Assembly (NCBI GenBank): GCA_031459535.1
Contig: JAVKIJ010000093.1
Location: forward strand, 1 to 11,026
Direction of reading: 5' to 3'
Length of the DNA stretch: 11,026 nucleotides
DNA from: Candidatus Fervidifonticultor quintus
Lineage (GTDB): Bacteria; Sysuimicrobiota; Sysuimicrobiia; Sysuimicrobiales; Humicultoraceae
Within the stretch, counting starts at the first letter, position 1, and each line of letters opens with the position of its first letter. Below are positions 5,793-11,026 of the stretch, in pieces. A program made the translations under genes and the position numbers. A model generated the notes under the pieces. That model ran no database searches and was not told where the DNA came from. It worked only from the letters and a program-made list of their open reading frames with translations.

Positions 5793-7367
5793 ATGAAGCT
5801 GCGCGCGCTACTGGCGGAGGTAGACGCGCCGTCGGTGGTGGGCGAGACCGACCTCGAGATCAGTGGCCTCTCCTACGATTCCCGGGTGGTGGAGCCCGGG
5901 TTTCTGTTTGCGGCGCTTCGTGGCCGCCGGTACGACGGCCATGCATTCATTCATGAAGCCGTCCAGCGGGGCGCCGTGGCGCTGCTGGTCGACCGTCCGG
6001 TGCCTGCGCCGGCGGGGGTGACCACGGTCCGCGTGGCCCAGACCCGGCGCGCCCTGGCCCAGGTGAGCGCCGCGTTTGCCGGTCACCCCTCCAGGCGGCT
6101 GCGGGTCGTGGGGGTCACCGGCACCAACGGCAAGGGCGCCACGACCTATCTCATCGAGGCCATCCTGCGTCGCGCGGGCCGGCCCTGCGGGATCATCGGC
6201 ACCATGGGGATCGTGATTGATGGGGAGGTTCTTCCGTCGGCGCGGACGACGCCCGAGGCTCCAGAGCTGCAGGCCGCCCTGTGTGTAATGGCGGAGCGAT
6301 CCAAGCAGTACGTGGCCGTGGAAGTGGCATCCCACGCGCTGGCGCAGGAGCGGACCACCGCATGTCGCATCGAGGTGGCGGTGTTCACCAACCTGACCCG
6401 GGACCACCTGGACTTCCACCGGAGTGTGGAGGCCTATCGCGCCGCCAAGGCCCGGCTCTTCGCCGTGACCGAGCCGAGCGGATGGGCGGTCCTCAACGCG
6501 GACGACCCAGCTTCGGCCGTGATGCGGGCCGTGACGCCGTCGAGGATCATGACCTACGGCCTGCGCGAACGGGCGGATGTCCGTGGTCGAGATGTGGTGC
6601 TGCGCCTGGACGGCTCGGATTTTGTGGCCGAGACGCCCGGCGGATCCGTGCCCATCTCGCTGCGGCTGGCTGGGGGCTTCAACGTGGCGAACGCCCTGGC
6701 CGCCCTGGCCGTCGGGGTGACCCAGGACGTGCCGCTTGGCATCATGGCTGAGGCGCTGGCAGCGGTGCCGGGGATTCCCGGCCGCTTCGAGCGGATCGAC
6801 GAGGGCCAGCCCTTTGCCGTCGTCGTGGACTACGCGCACACGCCCGACGGCCTGGAGAACGTGCTCCGCACTGCGCGCGAAGTGACCCGCGGCCACCTGA
6901 TCACGGTCTTCGGCTGCGGTGGTGATCGCGATCGGCCCAAACGCCCGCTCATGGGCCGCATTGCAGCCGAGTGGTCCGACTATGTCATCGTGACGTCGGA
7001 CAATCCCCGCACCGAGGATCCGCTGGCCATCATCGAGGAGATTCGCCGCGGGGTCGAGGAGGCGGTCGCGGCGCGCATCGCGGGAGGAGGCCGGCCGGAC
7101 CGGGTGGAGGTCATCTATGAGCCGGATCGACGGCGCGCCATCGCGGCGGCCGTGGCCGCCGCGGGGGCGGGGGACATGGTGGTGGTAGCCGGCAAGGGTC
7201 ACGAGGCCTACCAGGAGATCGCCGGCGTGCGACATCCGTTCGACGACCGCGATGTGGTGCGGGAGGTCCTCAGGGCGCGAAGCAGCCCCCGCGCCACCGC
7301 GGCATGGCGCGCACGCGGACCGGAGGAGGCGCCACATCCAGGTGACCGTGCGGCTCGCGATCGCTGA
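5793..7367 (+). CDS. murE: UDP-MurNAc-L-Ala-D-Glu--meso-diaminopimelate ligase MurE (524 aa)
   Basis: YDSR, GTNGKGATT P-loop, RTTPE, EVASHALAQER, FTNLTRDHLDFH, PGRFE, VDYAHTPDGL, FGCGGDRD..KRPLMG, SDNPR (meso-DAP-type specificity motif) and AGKGHEAYQ. Confidence 0.96.
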   Translation: MKLRALLAEVDAPSVVGETDLEISGLSYDSRVVEPGFLFAALRGRRYDGHAFIHEAVQRGAVALLVDRPVPAPAGVTTVRVAQTRRALAQVSAAFAGHPSRRLRVVGVTGTNGKGATTYLIEAILRRAGRPCGIIGTMGIVIDGEVLPSARTTPEAPELQAALCVMAERSKQYVAVEVASHALAQERTTACRIEVAVFTNLTRDHLDFHRSVEAYRAAKARLFAVTEPSGWAVLNADDPASAVMRAVTPSRIMTYGLRERADVRGRDVVLRLDGSDFVAETPGGSVPISLRLAGGFNVANALAALAVGVTQDVPLGIMAEALAAVPGIPGRFERIDEGQPFAVVVDYAHTPDGLENVLRTAREVTRGHLITVFGCGGDRDRPKRPLMGRIAAEWSDYVIVTSDNPRTEDPLAIIEEIRRGVEEAVAARIAGGGRPDRVEVIYEPDRRRAIAAAVAAAGAGDMVVVAGKGHEAYQEIAGVRHPFDDRDVVREVLRARSSPRATAAWRARGPEEAPHPGDRAARDR

Positions 7368-8739
7368 CCTCGTGACTGCGACCGGCGGTCGGCTCTTGCT
7401 CCCCCCCGGCGCGCAGGCACCGATGTCGGTCAGCGGCGTGACCACCGACAGCCGGAGCGCGCGGCCGGGTGATGCGTTCGTGGCGCTCCGTGGGCCGCGG
7501 ACCGACGGCCACCGATTCGTGGCCGACGCCATGGCCCGGGGAGCGGTGCTGGCGGTGGTGAGCGATCCGTCGGCGGCAGCCGGCCCTGCCGTTGTCGTGG
7601 CTGACACCCTGCGTGCGCTGGGCGCGCTGGCGGCCCTGCACCGCCGCACGCTGCCGACAACTGTGGTAGGCATCACCGGCAGCGTGGGCAAGACCACGAC
7701 CGTCGGGATGTGCGCCCAGGTCCTGTGCGAGCGATTTGTGACCGCGCGCTCTGCGGAGTCGTGGAACGCCGAGATCGGGGTGGCACTGACACTGCTGGGC
7801 CTCGCACCGTCGCATCAGGTGGCGGTGGTCGAGATGGCCATGCGCGGGCTGGGCCAGATCCGCGACCTAGTCGAGATGGCCCGGCCGCGCATCGGCGCGG
7901 TCACCACCATCGGTGAGACCCACCTGGAGCTGCTCGGGTCGCGGGAGCACATCGCGGCCGCCAAAGCCGAACTTGTGGAGGGCCTGCCAGCCGACGGGGT
8001 GGCCATCGTCAACGCCGACGAGGCCGCCAGCGCCCGCCTCGTCCGGGATGCGCGATGCCGCATCGTGCGGTTCGGGATGGTCCCGGAGGCCGACGTGCGG
8101 GCCACGGAGGTCAGATCGTCGGCTGAGGGGTGCCGCTTCACGTTGCACGTGGATCGAGAGGCGGCCCCAGCGAGGCTCCCGTTAGTGGGCCTCCATCAGG
8201 TGCGCAACGCGCTGGTGGCCGCCGCGGTCGGCCGCGCGCTGGGCCTCTCGCTGGACGAGATCGTTGCGGGCCTGGCGAGGGCCCGGGTCGCGAAGATGCG
8301 AGGAGAGATCCTCACGGCGGATGACGTGATCCTCATTGACGATTCGTACAACGCCAGCCCTCAGTCCATGGCCGCAGCGTTCGAGGTGCTCCGGCAGGTG
8401 GGCGGCGCGAGGCGCCGGATCCTCGCGCTCGGTGAGATGCGCGAGCTGGGCCCCGCCTCGCCGGCTTTCCATCGCCAGGTGGGAGCTCAGGCCGCCGCGC
8501 TGGCGCCAGCGCTGCTCGTGGCGGTCGGTGAGGGGGCGCGTGCGTACCTCGACGGAGCTCAGGCCGCCGGCCTGTCTGCCCGTGCGGTCGTCTGGGTCGC
8601 GTCGGCCCAGGAAGCGATCCCGATCGTTCGCGCGGCGATCCGATCCGGCGACGTCGTCCTGGTGAAGGGCTCTCGGGCCGTCGAGATGGAACACGTCGTG
8701 GGGGCCCTGCGGGCCCGCGAGGTCACCGGCGGCTTATGA
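7342..8739 (+). CDS. murF: UDP-MurNAc-tripeptide--D-Ala-D-Ala ligase MurF (about 465 aa)
   Basis: TDSR, FVALRGPRTDGH, GITGSVGKTTT, DDSYNASPQSM, LGEMRELG and VLVKGSR. GTG 7342 follows GGAGGAGG (7322-7329) and overlaps the murE end by 26 nt. Confidence 0.95.
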   Translation: MTVRLAIADLVTATGGRLLLPPGAQAPMSVSGVTTDSRSARPGDAFVALRGPRTDGHRFVADAMARGAVLAVVSDPSAAAGPAVVVADTLRALGALAALHRRTLPTTVVGITGSVGKTTTVGMCAQVLCERFVTARSAESWNAEIGVALTLLGLAPSHQVAVVEMAMRGLGQIRDLVEMARPRIGAVTTIGETHLELLGSREHIAAAKAELVEGLPADGVAIVNADEAASARLVRDARCRIVRFGMVPEADVRATEVRSSAEGCRFTLHVDREAAPARLPLVGLHQVRNALVAAAVGRALGLSLDEIVAGLARARVAKMRGEILTADDVILIDDSYNASPQSMAAAFEVLRQVGGARRRILALGEMRELGPASPAFHRQVGAQAAALAPALLVAVGEGARAYLDGAQAAGLSARAVVWVASAQEAIPIVRAAIRSGDVVLVKGSRAVEMEHVVGALRAREVTGGL

Positions 8740-9716
8740 AGTCGGTGGCGACGTTGCCCATGGTGCCGCAGATGGTCCTCGCAGGGGTCATCGCCGGCGG
8801 GATCGTCGCGCTGGCGGGTCCGGGAATTGCGGGGCTCTTGGGCCGATGGGGGCAGCGACAACAGATCAGGGAGGACGCGCCAGGCCGGCACCGGCAGAAG
8901 GCCGGCACACCCACGATGGGCGGCGTGTTGATCGTGGGTGCGATCATGGTGGCATCCCTCCTCGTCGCTGGGACCTATCCCCTGGTAGTGTTCGGGCTGA
9001 CCGCGACGGTCGTCTTCGGGATCATCGGCCTCCTGGACGATGTGCTGGCCATCCGGCGCGGGCGGAACCTCGGCCTGCGGGCGCGAGAGCGCCTGGCGCT
9101 GCAGACCGCTGCCGGGCTGCTGCTGGGCTGGTACGTCGCCCGCCAGCCCTGGCTGCCGACGACCGTGGTCGTACCCGGTCTCGGGATGATGGATCTGGGG
9201 CGCGGCTATGCCGTGTTTGCTGCGCTGCTGGTTGTGGGTTTCAGCAACGCGGTCAACCTCACCGACGGGCTCGATGGTCTGGCCGCCGGGTTGGTGGCGA
9301 TCGCGGCGGGGGGGTTCGGTCTGCTGGCTGCCCTGGCCCTGATGCCCGCGGTGGGGGTGCTCGCCATGGCCGTCAGCGGTGCCGCAGCCGGGTTCTTGCG
9401 GGTCAATGCGCACCCTGCTCGCGTCTTCATGGGCGACGTGGGCTCCAACGCGCTGGGCGCGTCGCTGGCCGCGCTGGCGATGTTGACCAAAGCCGAGGCC
9501 GCGCTATTCGTGATCGGAGGGGTCTTTCTCGCCGAGACAGCGTCGGTGTTGCTCCAGGTGGCATACTTCAAGGCCACGGGGGGACGGCGCATCTTCCGCA
9601 TGAGCCCGCTGCACCACCACTTTGAACTCGGGGGATGGTCCGAGCGCACCGTGGTGCGACGCTTCTACTGGGCCGGCTGGATCTGCCTCGGGCTCGGCCT
9701 GCTGGTGGCCCCGTGA
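8736..9716 (+). CDS. mraY: Phospho-N-acetylmuramoyl-pentapeptide transferase MraY (326 aa)
   Basis: QQIREDAP..H..KAGTPTMGG, GLLDD, SNAVNLTDGLDGLA, PARVFMGDVGS and FRMSPLHHHFEL, with multiple TM helices. ATGA overlap with murF. Confidence 0.97.
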   Translation: MKSVATLPMVPQMVLAGVIAGGIVALAGPGIAGLLGRWGQRQQIREDAPGRHRQKAGTPTMGGVLIVGAIMVASLLVAGTYPLVVFGLTATVVFGIIGLLDDVLAIRRGRNLGLRARERLALQTAAGLLLGWYVARQPWLPTTVVVPGLGMMDLGRGYAVFAALLVVGFSNAVNLTDGLDGLAAGLVAIAAGGFGLLAALALMPAVGVLAMAVSGAAAGFLRVNAHPARVFMGDVGSNALGASLAALAMLTKAEAALFVIGGVFLAETASVLLQVAYFKATGGRRIFRMSPLHHHFELGGWSERTVVRRFYWAGWICLGLGLLVAP

Positions 9717-11026
9717 CGGCGCTCGCTGCGCAAGCGCGCATTGAGAGGGTCGTGACCCGGCTGCGCGCTCGCCGGATCCACGTCCTGGGCCCCGCGGGAA
9801 CCGAAGGGTCTGCGGTGATCGACTTCCTGATCCGGCACGGGATCACGAGCATCACCGCCCACGATCTGGAACCGGCGGAGCGCTTCGCGACCACCGTGGC
9901 CCGCACACACCAGTGGCTCGATGAGCGCGGCCGCGCCGAGCTGCTGGCCCGACTTCAGGCGGCACCCATCACGTGGCGATGGGGGCCGCGGTATCTGGAG
10001 GGGCTTGACGCTGCCGAGGTGATCTTCGTCCCCCAGTCGTGGTTCCGGTACCCGCAGAACCAGCCGGTTCACGACGCCGCGCGGCGCGGCGTGCCGCTGT
10101 CCAGCATGACGCAGCTCTTCTTCGAACTCTGGCCCGGGCCGGTGCTGGGTGTGACGGGCACGAACGGCAAGTTCACCGTGCTCACGTTAATCGGCGCCAT
10201 GCTGGAGGCCGCAGGCGTGCCCGTGGTCACCTCGGGCAACGATCGGACCCACGTGCCGGCGCTGCTGGCGCTGGATCGCGCCACGCCCCACACGTGGCTG
10301 CTCCTGGAAATCAGCAACCGACAGCTGGTCGGGCTCCCCTACAGCCCGCACGTCGCAGTGGTGACCAACGTGGCGCCGCACCACCTCGACGACCACGGAA
10401 CATTCGAACGCTACGTGGACGCCAAGCGCACCCTCGTCCGCCATCAGACCGATCATGACGTCGCGGTCCTCAACGCCGATGATCCGGTGGTGGCCGGGTT
10501 CGCTCGGGCCACGCCGGCCCGCGTTCACTGGTTCAGCCGCCGGCGGGTCGTCCGGCGCGGGGCGTGCGTCGAGGGGAGCCACATAGTGCTGGCCGGCCGT
10601 CCGTCCAGGTTCGTGTTCCCCGCCACCGACCTGGCGGTCCCCGGGGCGCACATGGTGGAAGATGCTCTGGCGGCAGCGGCGGCCGCCGCCGTGGTGGGCG
10701 TGGAGCCCGGCGTCATGGCCAGGGTGTTGGGGGCATTCCGAGGGCTGCCGTACCGATTCCGGCTCGCTGGGGAGCGCGACGGCGTCGCGTTCTTCGAGGA
10801 CTCACTCGGCACCAACCCGAGCGCGGCAGCGGCGGCCATCGGCGCCATGGACCGGCCGTACCACCTCATCGCGGGTGGCCTGCGCAAGGGGGCCCGGCCA
10901 ACGGACTTCGCGCCCATGATCGGGGCTATGGCTGCTACGCCGGTGAAGGCAGCGTACCTGATTGGGACCACCATGCCGGTACTGGCCGAGGCTATCGCCA
11001 GCATGGCGTCGCCCCCGCCTGTCATC
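9713..11026 (+). CDS. murD: Divergent MurD-type ligase (UDP-MurNAc-L-Ala--Glu ligase family), 3'-truncated by the window end (438 codons visible)
   Basis: GTG 9713 overlaps the mraY TGA (GTGA) and the frame stays open to 11026. Translation includes IHVLGPAGTEG, GVTGTNGKFTV, SGNDR, LEISNRQL, TNVAPHHLDDH, YVDAK, VLNADDP, GLPYRF, EDSLGTNP and LIAGGLRKG. It occupies the canonical murD position. Confidence 0.88.
   Translation, partial: MTALAAQARIERVVTRLRARRIHVLGPAGTEGSAVIDFLIRHGITSITAHDLEPAERFATTVARTHQWLDERGRAELLARLQAAPITWRWGPRYLEGLDAAEVIFVPQSWFRYPQNQPVHDAARRGVPLSSMTQLFFELWPGPVLGVTGTNGKFTVLTLIGAMLEAAGVPVVTSGNDRTHVPALLALDRATPHTWLLLEISNRQLVGLPYSPHVAVVTNVAPHHLDDHGTFERYVDAKRTLVRHQTDHDVAVLNADDPVVAGFARATPARVHWFSRRRVVRRGACVEGSHIVLAGRPSRFVFPATDLAVPGAHMVEDALAAAAAAAVVGVEPGVMARVLGAFRGLPYRFRLAGERDGVAFFEDSLGTNPSAAAAAIGAMDRPYHLIAGGLRKGARPTDFAPMIGAMAATPVKAAYLIGTTMPVLAEAIASMASPPPVI

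Noticed and set aside
7252-7341. murF start at ATG 7252
   Set aside because: It lies deep inside conserved murE sequence; the SD and homology favour GTG 7342.
3942-7697. Very long minus-strand ORFs (3942-5780, 612 aa; 5808-7697, 629 aa) and similar ones such as 995-1990, 2684-3469 and 8559-9413
   Set aside because: They lie antisense to clear genes, are Arg/Pro/Ala/Gly-rich without recognisable motifs, and are expected shadow ORFs in high-GC coding DNA.
10668-10692. GCG/GCC-rich repeat
   Set aside because: It is simply a poly-Ala helix within the MurD-like coding frame.
1-11026. CRISPR array, IS element, integrase, rRNA or tRNA
   Set aside because: No repeat-spacer periodicity, transposase or recombinase motifs, or structural RNA gene signatures seen.

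Overview
High-GC bacterial window, mostly the 5' half of a division and cell wall (dcw) operon on the + strand in canonical order: mraZ (1938-2360), rsmH/mraW (~2357-3475), ftsL (3472-3939), ftsI-type class B PBP (3936-5729), murE (5793-7367), murF (~7342-8739), mraY (8736-9716) and a MurD-type ligase (9713 to window end, truncated and missed by the ORF track). A 10-bp-periodic GTGGGG array (MraZ boxes) directly abuts the mraZ ATG. Upstream lie a TPR-like ORF resembling the C-terminal tail of a larger regulator (141-698), an orphan toxin-immunity-like ORF (897-1637) behind a long leader hairpin, and a structured intergenic region. Most notable: (i) the MurD-position enzyme has many normally conserved motifs altered, with smaller changes in MurE, MurF and MraY, hinting at variant peptidoglycan precursor chemistry; (ii) two mini-ORFs bridge ftsI to murE through consecutive stop/start overlaps; (iii) rsmH probably starts at a non-canonical ATA; (iv) an inverted degenerate copy of the MraZ-box/start region lies about 200 nt upstream. 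All family calls come from motif recognition by eye; no searches were run.
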